Shown here one piece after another: positions 9,273-18,985 of a stretch of DNA of 64,000 nt. Each line of letters starts with the position of its first letter. Position 1 is the stretch's first letter. A program made the translations under genes and the position numbers. The notes below the pieces were generated by a model. That model was not told the DNA's origin. It made no database searches and saw only the letters and a program-made list of their open reading frames with translations. The DNA lies in sequence record NC_041878.1. One strand, given 5' to 3'.

Positions 9273-12200
9273 TTATGGGCGTTGTGCAATGAATACGTCA
9301 AATACTGAACCAATACCACAGTAAACTACTTGACAGATACTTACTGCGTTCGCAGAGGTATTTACTTCACCACCGATAATCTTGTATGAAGAATCCCAAG
9401 TTACGGTACGGCCACCAGTACTATCCTGAGTGATATAGATGAACCAAGAACCTGCTCCACCCGCCGCTGCACCAGTAATAGGTTGAATTGCGGTGTTAGA
9501 AGAAACAGTAACGTTATAAACGTTAGAAGTTCCATCTGGTGTATAAGTAGCAGTACTTACAGTTTCTTGTGCATGTTGTGCAACGAAATATGTTCCAGTT
9601 TTGAATGAAGTGGTTGTTAAATTCGCCAAATCAACATTCAATGTACCAGTAACAGTAATATCGTCAACAGTTACAGCACCAGCAAAAGTACTTGTTGCAT
9701 TAACAGTTAGAGTGTCAGTATCGGCATCGCCAATAACAGTGTTACCATTTAACGTAGTAGTTCCACCAACGGTTAGAGCACCAGTTACAGTACCAGAAGC
9801 AAGAGTTGCTAGACCAGAAGTACTTAGAGTACTTAAAGTAGTAGCACCAGTTACACCTAGAGTTGTAGTTACTGAAGCACTGTTTAGTGTTGCTAGACCA
9901 GAAGTACTTAGAGTAGTTGCTGAAACAGCAGCTAATGTACTTGCACCTGCTACGTTCAATGTAGTACCAGAGGTAATACCTTCTGTAGTAGTTACAGATT
10001 TGAAAGTAACATCTGAAGTTGTTTGGTCTAGAGTACCGATAATTAAACCTTGTACTTCTAAGTTACCAGTATAAGTAGCGTTACCATTAACTTGTAGGTT
10101 GTTGTTAGTGCTACCAACATCACCTAGAATTGCAGTCTTAGCAGTTAATGAAGTACCAGCAGTTAGAGAACCAGCAGCACTAATACTACCAGAAGCAGTA
10201 ATGTTACGTGGTGAAATATCACGTGAAGTTAAGTCAATCGCAGCGTTAATAACACCTGTTACATCTAGGTCACCAGTGATTGTTGTATTACCAAATACAT
10301 CTAGAAGCATACCTGCGTTACCAGTACCAGTACCAATTTTAACAGCATCAGCAACAAAGTCATTAACAGTAGTTGTAGTACCATTAACAGTTAAGTTACC
10401 GCTTAAAGTAGTGTTTCCAGCGACGGTTAAAGTATTACCGATAGTTACATCAGCTAAGTTACTTGCACCGCTTACAGTTAGAGTACCGGTGATTCCGTGG
10501 TTTCCAGAGTCAACACCTGCTAAAGTTGTTAGGCCAGTTACACCTAAAGTTCCACCAATTGTAGTGTTACCAGTTACACCTAGTGTTGTACCAACAGTTG
10601 CACCAGCAGCCAAATCAATACTATTTGCATCAATATCTGCACCGCTTAGATCTAGACCACCAGCAGGAGAGAATGTACCAGTTACGGTTACATTATTAGC
10701 AAAAGTAGTGTTGCCGTTGATTGTTGGAACTGTTAAAGAACTTAGTGTAGTTGCACCAGTTACGTTTAGTGTACCAGATACTTTTGGTGAACCAGTAATT
10801 ACACCAGTTGTTAGAACTAAGTCAGCACCAACAGTAGTGTTACCAGTACTTGTTAATGTTGCAGCAGATACATTAGATGTACTTAGATCGAATGTACCAG
10901 CAACAACTAAGTCACCACCTACGTTCACATCACCAGTAGTATCTAGAGATGCAGCATTAATTGCTGTACCAGTTAGATCAATACCACCCGCATTTAATGT
11001 ACCACTAACAGTTAGGTCACCAGTAATAGAAGTACTTTTTGCAATTGCTACAGTTGTGTTTGCAGAAGTAATGTTACCATTAAATGTTGCAGCACCAGTT
11101 ACAGTTGCACTAGCTAATGTTGCTAAACCAGAAGTACTTAGAGTACCAGTGATTGCAGTATTACCCGCACTTAAACCAGCAAGAGTTGTTGCACCAGTTA
11201 CGTCTAATGTACCGCTTGCGGTAATATTCGCAGCTTTTAATGTACCAGTTACGTTACCAGTTACCGCTAAGTCTCCACCAACAGTTACGTTCGCCGCACT
11301 TGTTAGAGAATTTACATCAACATCGGCAGCAGATAAATCTAGGCCACCAGCAGGAGTTAGTGTACCATTAACAGTTACATCACCAGTTACAGTAGCATCG
11401 CCACCAACAGTTAGGTTAGTACCAACAGTTGTTGCACCAGTGCTTTCTAATGTTGCACCTTTAACTGAAGTTGTCGCAACAACAGAGTTAGGTTCAATAT
11501 CTAAACCATCAACATTCGCCGCAGCAGTTACACCAGTAGTAGTACCAGTAACAACTAGGTTATGAATTGTGGTTTGACCAGTAGTTCCACCGAATGAAGT
11601 ATTGCCATCAACAGTTAGAGTTCCACCAATATGTGCGTTGTTTGTAACGTCTAATGCAGTTCCAGCTTTAGTAGTAGTGATTCCACCAGCAGTACTAATA
11701 CCACTAACGATAACTTCATTACCACCATTACCAGCTAGAATACCAGATACGGTTACGTCAGTTAATGTAGTTGCACCAGTTACATTTAGAGTTGTATCAA
11801 CATCTACTGAATTTGGAACAATATCTAAACCATCTACGTTAGCTTGTGCAGTTACACCAGTAGTAGTACCAGTAACAACTAGATCTTTAACAGTTACGGT
11901 TTGACCATTAACAGTTACGTTACCACCTAGTACAGAACCACCGCTAACACTTAGTGTTCCAGCAGATACTTGACCAGATGCAGTTACAGATGCAGCATCT
12001 ACACTAGTAGTAGAAGTTAGAGAGTTTAAAGTAATATCTTGACCTGTTAGATCGAAAGTAATACCACTTACAGAACCAGTTACTTCTAGATCATTTAGAA
12101 TTGTTTTACCAGCAACAGTCAATTGTGCACGAGAAGTACCAGTTGTACTATTACCAACAATATCTAGATAATCGATTTTAGCAATACCAGCAGCAGTTAA

Positions 12201-13934
12201 GCCTGGGTTACTAAAGGTTACATCACCAACTGTGATATAGTCTAGATCAGCATTTTGACCCTGGAATGTACTTGAACTTACTTTGTATGGCTCAATCGCA
12301 GATTTAATATCTAATGGGCGAGCAGGATCATTGTAAGAGAACTGTACAACACCAGTATTACCAGCTACGGTGAAAGTATTAAAGGTTGCAGTTTGTGCAG
12401 AACCAGTTACGTTACCAGAAAGAACAACACTTGACAAAGAACTTTGACCAGATACAGTTAGAGTTTCAAAGTTGCCATCCTTAATATTGAAACCACCAGT
12501 TAATGTACCGTTGATAACTACATCATTGAAAGTCGCAGTACCAGTACTTTCTAGGTCAACAAAGGTTGCCTTATTAGTGAAATCTGAAGTTCCAGCTACT
12601 GTCATATCACCAGTTACGTTTAGGTCAGCAAAGTTTAGACCAGTTACAGCACCAGTAATGTTTAAATCACCAACAGTTACAGCACCAGTAAATGTACTTG
12701 TACCAGCTACGGTTAGTTGTGGACGAGATGTACCAGTCGTTGAGTTACCTTTAATATCAAGATAATCAATAACAGCTTTGCCAGCAGCAGTTAAACCATA
12801 ATCAGCGAATGTTACATCACCAACAGTAATACGGTCAATATCAGCTTTTTGTCCCTGGAATTCACTTGAACTTACTTTATAAGGTTCAATTGCAGATTTA
12901 ATATCTAAAGGACGTGCTGGATCATTATATGTAAATTGAATTAGACCAGTTTGACCTGCTACGTTGTAAGTTTGGAAAGTAGCTGAACGAGTAGTACCAG
13001 TTACGTTACCAGAAAGAACAACACTGTTAAGGTTACTTTGACCAGTTACATTTAGAGTAGTGAAATTACCATTTGCAAGTGAGAAATTTCCACCTAAAGT
13101 ACCGTTAATGATTACATCTTCAAAGGTAGCAGAAGTACCAGCACCCATTACTAGGTCGCCATTTAGGTTTGAAGTTCCATCAACGGTTAGAGATTCTAGA
13201 TTAGTAGAACCAGTTACATTTAAATCACCAACTAAGTTAGTAGTTGAGTTGATTGTTAAAATGTCAGTACTATCAGAACCAATTGTTACGTTATTTTTAA
13301 AATCAGAAGTTGCGTTTACTGTTAGTGTATCAGTGCTTGCATCACCAATAACAGTATTGCCGTTTAATGTAGTATTACCATCAACTGTTACATTACTTTT
13401 TAGGTTAGTAGTAGAGTTTACGGTAAGAATATCAGTAGAGTTTTCACCGATAGTCACATTGTTTTTGAAATCAGAAGTTGAATTCACAATTAATGAATCA
13501 GTACTAGAAGCACCAACAGTAACATCATCATTGAATGTTGCTGGAGCAGCAAAAGTACTTGTTGCATTAACAGTTAAAGTGTCGGTAGAAGCATTACCAA
13601 CAACGGTATTACCTTCAATTGATACATTGCTTTTTGCATTAACATTCGCATTGAATGTTGTAACACCGTTCACGGTAACAGTATCAGTGCCGGAATCACC
13701 GAGAATTGTGTTACCTGAAACTTGAACGTTGTTCAATGAAGCAGTACCAGTAGAGTTTACGTTGTTAAGATTTGCTGTACCTGTGACGGTAATCTGAGTA
13801 AATGTCGCATTAGCGAAATTAATCGTACCACCTACGGTAAGATTATTCGTAATGACGGCATTACCATTAACCAAAAGATCTTTAGAGATCGTTTGATTAC
13901 CAGATACGCCAAGATCAGTTTTTATAGAATACAT
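9273..13934 (-). CDS. long repetitive beta-helical fibre protein, 1553 aa
   Basis: Dense G/T/V/N repeats and internal duplications; C-terminal TQDSTGGRTVTW domain; gagg RBS; late promoter at 13993-14000. Confidence 0.8.
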   Translation of the reverse strand: MYSIKTDLGVSGNQTISKDLLVNGNAVITNNLTVGGTINFANATFTQITVTGTANLNNVNSTGTASLNNVQVSGNTILGDSGTDTVTVNGVTTFNANVNAKSNVSIEGNTVVGNASTDTLTVNATSTFAAPATFNDDVTVGASSTDSLIVNSTSDFKNNVTIGENSTDILTVNSTTNLKSNVTVDGNTTLNGNTVIGDASTDTLTVNATSDFKNNVTIGSDSTDILTINSTTNLVGDLNVTGSTNLESLTVDGTSNLNGDLVMGAGTSATFEDVIINGTLGGNFSLANGNFTTLNVTGQSNLNSVVLSGNVTGTTRSATFQTYNVAGQTGLIQFTYNDPARPLDIKSAIEPYKVSSSEFQGQKADIDRITVGDVTFADYGLTAAGKAVIDYLDIKGNSTTGTSRPQLTVAGTSTFTGAVTVGDLNITGAVTGLNFADLNVTGDMTVAGTSDFTNKATFVDLESTGTATFNDVVINGTLTGGFNIKDGNFETLTVSGQSSLSSVVLSGNVTGSAQTATFNTFTVAGNTGVVQFSYNDPARPLDIKSAIEPYKVSSSTFQGQNADLDYITVGDVTFSNPGLTAAGIAKIDYLDIVGNSTTGTSRAQLTVAGKTILNDLEVTGSVSGITFDLTGQDITLNSLTSTTSVDAASVTASGQVSAGTLSVSGGSVLGGNVTVNGQTVTVKDLVVTGTTTGVTAQANVDGLDIVPNSVDVDTTLNVTGATTLTDVTVSGILAGNGGNEVIVSGISTAGGITTTKAGTALDVTNNAHIGGTLTVDGNTSFGGTTGQTTIHNLVVTGTTTGVTAAANVDGLDIEPNSVVATTSVKGATLESTGATTVGTNLTVGGDATVTGDVTVNGTLTPAGGLDLSAADVDVNSLTSAANVTVGGDLAVTGNVTGTLKAANITASGTLDVTGATTLAGLSAGNTAITGTLSTSGLATLASATVTGAATFNGNITSANTTVAIAKSTSITGDLTVSGTLNAGGIDLTGTAINAASLDTTGDVNVGGDLVVAGTFDLSTSNVSAATLTSTGNTTVGADLVLTTGVITGSPKVSGTLNVTGATTLSSLTVPTINGNTTFANNVTVTGTFSPAGGLDLSGADIDANSIDLAAGATVGTTLGVTGNTTIGGTLGVTGLTTLAGVDSGNHGITGTLTVSGASNLADVTIGNTLTVAGNTTLSGNLTVNGTTTTVNDFVADAVKIGTGTGNAGMLLDVFGNTTITGDLDVTGVINAAIDLTSRDISPRNITASGSISAAGSLTAGTSLTAKTAILGDVGSTNNNLQVNGNATYTGNLEVQGLIIGTLDQTTSDVTFKSVTTTEGITSGTTLNVAGASTLAAVSATTLSTSGLATLNSASVTTTLGVTGATTLSTLSTSGLATLASGTVTGALTVGGTTTLNGNTVIGDADTDTLTVNATSTFAGAVTVDDITVTGTLNVDLANLTTTSFKTGTYFVAQHAQETVSTATYTPDGTSNVYNVTVSSNTAIQPITGAAAGGAGSWFIYITQDSTGGRTVTWDSSYKIIGGEVNTSANAVSICQVVYCGIGSVFDVFIAQRP
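12120..13200 (-). repeat. tandem ~198-aa (594-nt period) duplication inside the fibre gene (ends approximate)
   Basis: YNDPARPLDIKSAIEPYKVSS...IDYLDI.GNSTTGTSR.QLTVAG occurs twice; anchor gatttaatatctaa at 12301 and 12895. Confidence 0.9.
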
Positions 13935-14032
13935 GTAATCCCTCCGTTGGATTGAAATATGGAAAAACTTTATCCCAAATCATTATTTCAAGTATTTATT
14001 ATCTCTAGACAATTTGAGACATGATTATAAAG

Positions 14033-14064
14033 AAAAAATCCAGAAATGGTTTTCCTGGATTTTT
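14033..14064. terminator. terminator hairpin
   Basis: AAAAATCCAG...CTGGATTTTT. Confidence 0.7.
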
Positions 14065-14083
14065 ATTAAGATTAAAACTAATT

Positions 14084-14944
14084 TTATTTTCCGCTTACAA
14101 CAGCTTTCCCGCTGAAACGTACACTACTTGTTAATGTAATGTTACCAGAACTATCAATTGATGTTTGTACAGCAACGATTTGATATGGTGAAGAACTTGT
14201 TGCACCATCGGTAGTATTCTCATATACTGCGATGAAAATTGCACCAGGAACTTGATCATGAATAGCTTGTGGAATAGAAAGAGTGAACTCTTGACCAGAA
14301 GTATTCCAATCAGCTTTATTAATTAAACGACTAAATGGTGTAGACAAAGTGGTATCTCCTATTATTACTACATTGACGTTGGATGTTGGTTGAGTACTTA
14401 GTTTAACAGTAATGTTACCTGAACCATCTACTTGTGTATCAGTATTTTGTACATCACCATTTTGGCCTTGTAGCTGAACAATAATATTTGAACCACGACC
14501 ATGAGTTGCGGCTGGTAATGTATAAACATAGTCTGAACCAACTAAAGTGAAATCTGTTGGTGCAGCTACCGTAGTAGTTACATACGCAGAATCAGTTGGG
14601 GTTGAAAGAAAAGGTTTCCAAATTCCTGCATCTTTAATATAAATTTGTAAGATGCTAGTGTCGTTTATCTTGTAGTATACATCACCGTCAATCCCTAAAC
14701 TTGGAGCAGGATCTACTGTTCCACGTAATGCATTTCCTGAACCACCGCCTGAGTGTGAATTGAAATACGATAAGGTTACTAGGTGAGTACCGTCAAGTGG
14801 GTCAGCCGCACTGATAGGAATAAGACTTGTTCCTTGATAATTATATACAGATAGTTCTGAACCATCAGTAATTAGTTTTGCACCATTTTTACCAAGAATG
14901 AAAGACTTTTTCATGGTTCCTTCTAAATTAGAAAAAACTGCCAT
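14084..14944 (-). CDS. putative virion structural protein, 286 aa
   Basis: ggag RBS; TATAAATA at 14984-14977; P...G..GD.YY motif seen in phage fibre-associated proteins. Confidence 0.65.
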   Translation of the reverse strand: MAVFSNLEGTMKKSFILGKNGAKLITDGSELSVYNYQGTSLIPISAADPLDGTHLVTLSYFNSHSGGGSGNALRGTVDPAPSLGIDGDVYYKINDTSILQIYIKDAGIWKPFLSTPTDSAYVTTTVAAPTDFTLVGSDYVYTLPAATHGRGSNIIVQLQGQNGDVQNTDTQVDGSGNITVKLSTQPTSNVNVVIIGDTTLSTPFSRLINKADWNTSGQEFTLSIPQAIHDQVPGAIFIAVYENTTDGATSSSPYQIVAVQTSIDSSGNITLTSSVRFSGKAVVSGK

Positions 14945-14992
14945 CGATACTTTCTCCTAAGAATGTTTGTTTCTTATATTTATATCACAATG

Positions 14993-15019
14993 AAAAAAGG
15001 GAGATAAGTATCTCCCTTT
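14993..15019 (-). terminator. terminator hairpin
   Basis: AAAGGGAGATA-ag-TATCTCCCTTT. Confidence 0.75.
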
Positions 15020-15023
15020 CATA

Positions 15024-16166
15024 TTAGATATTGTCTTCGATTGGTGTAATCGGAAGTTGTTTTGCAATAGTACAGATAATAGTCATTAGACCAACAGAGC
15101 TATTGTTCACTGATTCATTAAAGATACATGATAAAATTTCTTCTTTATCACTAATTTCATGATTGACTTCATCAACAATGTAACGTTGTACACGGTTAAT
15201 ATCAAAATAATCAGGTGGAGCAATGATAGTACCATCAATTTCTGATTGTGCAGTACCACCAAAACGTACCGATAATTCGTTAACATCTATATCGTATGGG
15301 TTTCGAATGTCGATCTCAATTCGTGTTACCAAATATCCAGCAGGAACATTACCAATTACTAATAGAGCATTCTCATATGAAGTATCAATTACATTTTTGA
15401 TTGCATAGATGTTGTTAGAATCTTCACCTGGTTCACCTTTATCACCCTTGTCACCATCTTCACCTTTTGGACCACGGAATAGAATACCGTCGCTCCAAAC
15501 TTTTTGGGTAACTGGACCATTTTGAACTTCCTGTACATAGAACAAATATCCAGTATCAGTGTTGTAAAAAGTATATCCAAGATTCAAATTAGCGATTGGT
15601 GGGAATTGATCACCTTGTGAATTAATGATAAACTGACCTTGTAAACCTTGTGGACCACGCCATTGATATGGAGCCGACCATGAGGTTGTATCTAAATCAT
15701 AAACAAAAATTTCACCAGTACTAGTATCTAAGAAGGTATAGTTATCAAAAAGACCAGTTGTAGGTTTAGTAGTTCCTTGTGAGTCAATGTGGAATGGAGA
15801 ACCCATTTCACCTTTTTCACCCTTACTAAATGGTGCACCTACCCAAGTTGCTGTTGGTTCATTAGCAGCATTAGTTTTAAAATAAAGTGTCGGTACGGTT
15901 TGTGTAGAATTGACAGTTAGGCTAAGGTAAGACCAGCCAATATCTTTATCTAATCTGAAAGAAGCATCTGGAATATCAAAACCTACTTCATTTGGATAAA
16001 AATTAGTACCATTTGCACCATCGTGACCAACGACTAGACCAAGATCTTCAATGGTATTATCATCGTATGTAACAATCAAATGACCAGCATTATTGATCAC
16101 TAAACTCTTAATACCAGAACAATTATTACATGAAGATCCCGAACCATTATTAAATGAAATTGTCAT
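15024..16166 (-). CDS. putative structural protein with short collagen-like segments, 380 aa
   Basis: GPKGEDGDKGDKGEPGE, KGEKGEMG, GPQGLQG; late promoter at 16202-16209. Confidence 0.7.
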   Translation of the reverse strand: MTISFNNGSGSSCNNCSGIKSLVINNAGHLIVTYDDNTIEDLGLVVGHDGANGTNFYPNEVGFDIPDASFRLDKDIGWSYLSLTVNSTQTVPTLYFKTNAANEPTATWVGAPFSKGEKGEMGSPFHIDSQGTTKPTTGLFDNYTFLDTSTGEIFVYDLDTTSWSAPYQWRGPQGLQGQFIINSQGDQFPPIANLNLGYTFYNTDTGYLFYVQEVQNGPVTQKVWSDGILFRGPKGEDGDKGDKGEPGEDSNNIYAIKNVIDTSYENALLVIGNVPAGYLVTRIEIDIRNPYDIDVNELSVRFGGTAQSEIDGTIIAPPDYFDINRVQRYIVDEVNHEISDKEEILSCIFNESVNNSSVGLMTIICTIAKQLPITPIEDNI

Positions 16167-16232
16167 AGTTCATTCCTTTTTATGTTATGTCATATTACAA
16201 ATATTTATCCTCTAAATTTGCAATGACGGTAC

Positions 16233-16240
16233 TATAAATA
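16233..16240 (+). promoter_or_regulatory. late-type promoter TATAAATA
   Basis: Exact T4 late consensus ~30 nt before ATG 16272; divergent from the 16202-16209 site. Confidence 0.75.
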
Positions 16241-16271
16241 AGTAAAAGTTCATTATAGAGGACTAAAGACA

Positions 16272-16769
16272 ATGGCTTTAAGATCAAAGAATTTTCTTTT
16301 TAGAAGAATAGGAAAAGACGGCGAAGAAATGGATTATCAGGATACTGACTCATGGTACAATACTAATAATGATTATCACTGGAATGAGGTTTCTTTGCCA
16401 TTAGCTGCTGGTGGTTATTATGGCAGTACTTCTGGATTACACACAATTGCATTTACACTACGAAACTTCATTGGAAGAATTTACGTAGAAGCGACTTTAG
16501 CAAGTAATCCTACTGAGGCAGATTGGTTTCCAATCAAATTCGAAGAAAGTTGCAAATTTTATATAGAATTTACTGATACAGTTATCTACAATCCAGATTC
16601 AGAAAAAACCATTTATCAACATGGTGTAACTGGAACATTTGCAGAAAACGTTATTGGTAACTTTACTTACTTGCGTGTAGGTGTTCGTCGTGATTACATT
16701 AGTGTAGAACCAACTGAACTACAAAAAACACTAGCAGGTAAATTAGAAGAAATTCAAATTAACTACTAA
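16272..16769 (+). CDS. hypothetical (likely virion) protein, 165 aa
   Basis: gagga RBS; follows a late promoter. Confidence 0.7.
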   Translation: MALRSKNFLFRRIGKDGEEMDYQDTDSWYNTNNDYHWNEVSLPLAAGGYYGSTSGLHTIAFTLRNFIGRIYVEATLASNPTEADWFPIKFEESCKFYIEFTDTVIYNPDSEKTIYQHGVTGTFAENVIGNFTYLRVGVRRDYISVEPTELQKTLAGKLEEIQINY

Positions 16770-16779
16770 GGGATTAGAA

Positions 16780-17388
16780 ATGAATAACAAAATTGAGCAA
16801 CCAAGACTATTTGTTAAAGGACATGTGCTAATTACCGATATTACTGATCCTGAAAATGTGTCAATCGTTGTTGATAAGTCTAACGCAATTCACCCTGAAA
16901 ATATGAGCCAAGCAATTGCAAACGCACTTGCAGCAAATGTTGATTCGTTGGGTGTAAGTTTAGGTGCTATTTCAGAAATGAGATTCGGGAACGGTGGTAC
17001 AGTTGTACTAAGTACTGGTCGTGTTACGTACAAAACCCCACGTATCAGTTCATTCGGGGGCTTGTACTCTGAAACATACGCAAAGAAAATTAATGCTAAT
17101 GTAAATGCTGGTGTTGAATCTGAATATAACAATGTAAGCACTGTTCATATTCCTGGTCAAGTTTATACTGATATTGTATGTTTATGTACACTAGGATTAG
17201 GTGAACCATCTGACCAAAACGTAAGTTCTACTACAGATATGGAAGGTAATTACGTTTTTGATGAATTGGGTTTATATACTGATGGTACATCAGGAATTGC
17301 TCTATCGCACATTATTTTCCATCCAGTCGAAAAGAGTGCTAACCGTATTCTACAAATTAAGTACACAGTACGAGTACAGTTACAATAA
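16780..17388 (+). CDS. hypothetical (likely virion) protein, 202 aa
   Basis: Operon spacing; FDELGL and HP.EKS.NR motifs recalled from T4-like structural proteins. Confidence 0.65.
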   Translation: MNNKIEQPRLFVKGHVLITDITDPENVSIVVDKSNAIHPENMSQAIANALAANVDSLGVSLGAISEMRFGNGGTVVLSTGRVTYKTPRISSFGGLYSETYAKKINANVNAGVESEYNNVSTVHIPGQVYTDIVCLCTLGLGEPSDQNVSSTTDMEGNYVFDELGLYTDGTSGIALSHIIFHPVEKSANRILQIKYTVRVQLQ

Positions 17389-17398
17389 GGAGCAATAA

Positions 17399-18505
17399 AT
17401 GATTAACTATATTATAAAGCGTAGTAATGGTAAAATTTACGCTTCAGTACCGAATAACGTTATTCTCGGCCCAAATCAACCTAACTCAAACCCTGTTCCA
17501 ATTAACTTACTTGGACGTGATAAAGTTGGTTATGGTCAAGCATTGAACGAAAACTTCCTATGGTTGGCTGAAAACTTTGCCGGACAAAATAGACCACTAG
17601 GCTCTGTTCCTGGTCAGATTTGGTACAGAAATACTTCAGGTACTGGTGAATTACTAATTTCATTAGTTGATTCTGCAAGACAACCTGACAATACTAATCC
17701 AAGTACTGAATTAGATTGGGCTAGTATTCCAATGATCACATTGTTCAATACTGTTCCAGATGGTGATACTTCCATCATGGGTCGTATGGTATTAACAAAC
17801 AATGGCGATTCATTAAAAGTGCTAATGAAGAATAAAGAATGGCGTGAAATTCAAACTACACGACCAATTAACAAACAATATGAATCACTACTAGATATTA
17901 ACTACGATACTGGTGTGAAATATATTTCATTTACACAAGGTACGCCAACTAAAACAATTGCATATTTTAACTTAGGTGGTGCAAGTACTACTGATGCTAA
18001 TGGTTGGGTGACCTTCCAGAACGGCGAAAGTGTGTTACAATTTGGTTCGAACTATTTTTATGAATTAAAAATAATGGGTCGTCAAGTAAACTTAGACACA
18101 AGCGGTAATGTAGTTGCATTCCCTAGCGTATACAGTACTTGGATGATTAAAGGATCGTTTTATGTTGATAACGCAGGTACAATTGTCCCTGGTCAAGTTA
18201 CTGCAAGCCAAATTCCAGATCCAAGACGTATTAAGGATTTAACTCAAATTGTTGACACTATTGATAGTATGGATCAAACTTGGGCGGTTAAGGTTGTTAT
18301 TAATGATGCAGATACAACATTGCCAAGTGCAAATGGAACTACCAAAACTGATTACAATACATATGTAACGGCTTCGTTGAATAGTCCTAAACATTTAGGT
18401 TTTAGGATTGATGCTTCAATTAATGGATTAAACGCAGGTGAAACAACACGAACACAATGGTCCGCGTTGTTACAATTGACAGGTATACCACCAGTTGGGG
18501 TATAA
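17399..18505 (+). CDS. putative baseplate/fibre-attachment structural protein, 368 aa
   Basis: N-terminal L.G....GYG..LNENF..LAENFA...P...GQIWY motif typical of T4-like virion proteins. Confidence 0.6.
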   Translation: MINYIIKRSNGKIYASVPNNVILGPNQPNSNPVPINLLGRDKVGYGQALNENFLWLAENFAGQNRPLGSVPGQIWYRNTSGTGELLISLVDSARQPDNTNPSTELDWASIPMITLFNTVPDGDTSIMGRMVLTNNGDSLKVLMKNKEWREIQTTRPINKQYESLLDINYDTGVKYISFTQGTPTKTIAYFNLGGASTTDANGWVTFQNGESVLQFGSNYFYELKIMGRQVNLDTSGNVVAFPSVYSTWMIKGSFYVDNAGTIVPGQVTASQIPDPRRIKDLTQIVDTIDSMDQTWAVKVVINDADTTLPSANGTTKTDYNTYVTASLNSPKHLGFRIDASINGLNAGETTRTQWSALLQLTGIPPVGV

Positions 18506-18508
18506 TTT

Positions 18509-18976
18509 TTAGAAATGATATGGCAGACTGTTTTCAAATGGTCTGCCATTTTTTATTGATTCCCAAAGAGAATTAAAGTCAGTTACAATGTTTGTATTGT
18601 ATAATGTACTTTTAGCTCCAGGGTGAAGGGGTTTAGGCCAGTTTCCTATTTTAACCCAAGAATATCCAGCACTTTCATCATTAAGTTCCGGTATAAACTC
18701 ATCCGGTACTACCACAATAAAAGAATAATATCTGAATTTCTCGTTCTTAGTACAGAAAACATCAAAAGGAATTATATCTTCTATTGGGGGAACAGAATCC
18801 CCCAATTCTTCAGCTATTTCTCTATATAGAGCTTCAATAGCAGTTTCATCATTTTCAATCTTACCACCAACGAAGCCCCAATTGTTTGAGTACGTAACTG
18901 TTTCAGAACGTAAGTTTAGCATCATACGTCCAGTACGCTTTGATAAAAATATAGCTCCTACTGCTTCGTTTGTCAT
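18509..18976 (-). CDS. Nudix hydrolase
   Basis: Complete Nudix box GGKIENDETAIEALYREIAEELG. Confidence 0.92.
   Translation of the reverse strand: MTNEAVGAIFLSKRTGRMMLNLRSETVTYSNNWGFVGGKIENDETAIEALYREIAEELGDSVPPIEDIIPFDVFCTKNEKFRYYSFIVVVPDEFIPELNDESAGYSWVKIGNWPKPLHPGAKSTLYNTNIVTDFNSLWESIKNGRPFENSLPYHF
18520..18554 (+). terminator. terminator for the 16272-18505 operon (overlaps the Nudix gene 3' end)
   Basis: ATGGCAGAC...GTCTGCCAT followed by tttttt. Confidence 0.7.
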
Positions 18977-18985
18977 AATATTTCC

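Noticed and set aside
9601-13725. Long plus-strand ORFs (e.g. 10099-11565, 488 aa; 13060-13725) antisense to the fibre gene
   Set aside because: They are V/P/T/A-rich mirror translations. The fibre's codon bias leaves the antisense frame nearly free of stops, and they have no RBS or promoter.
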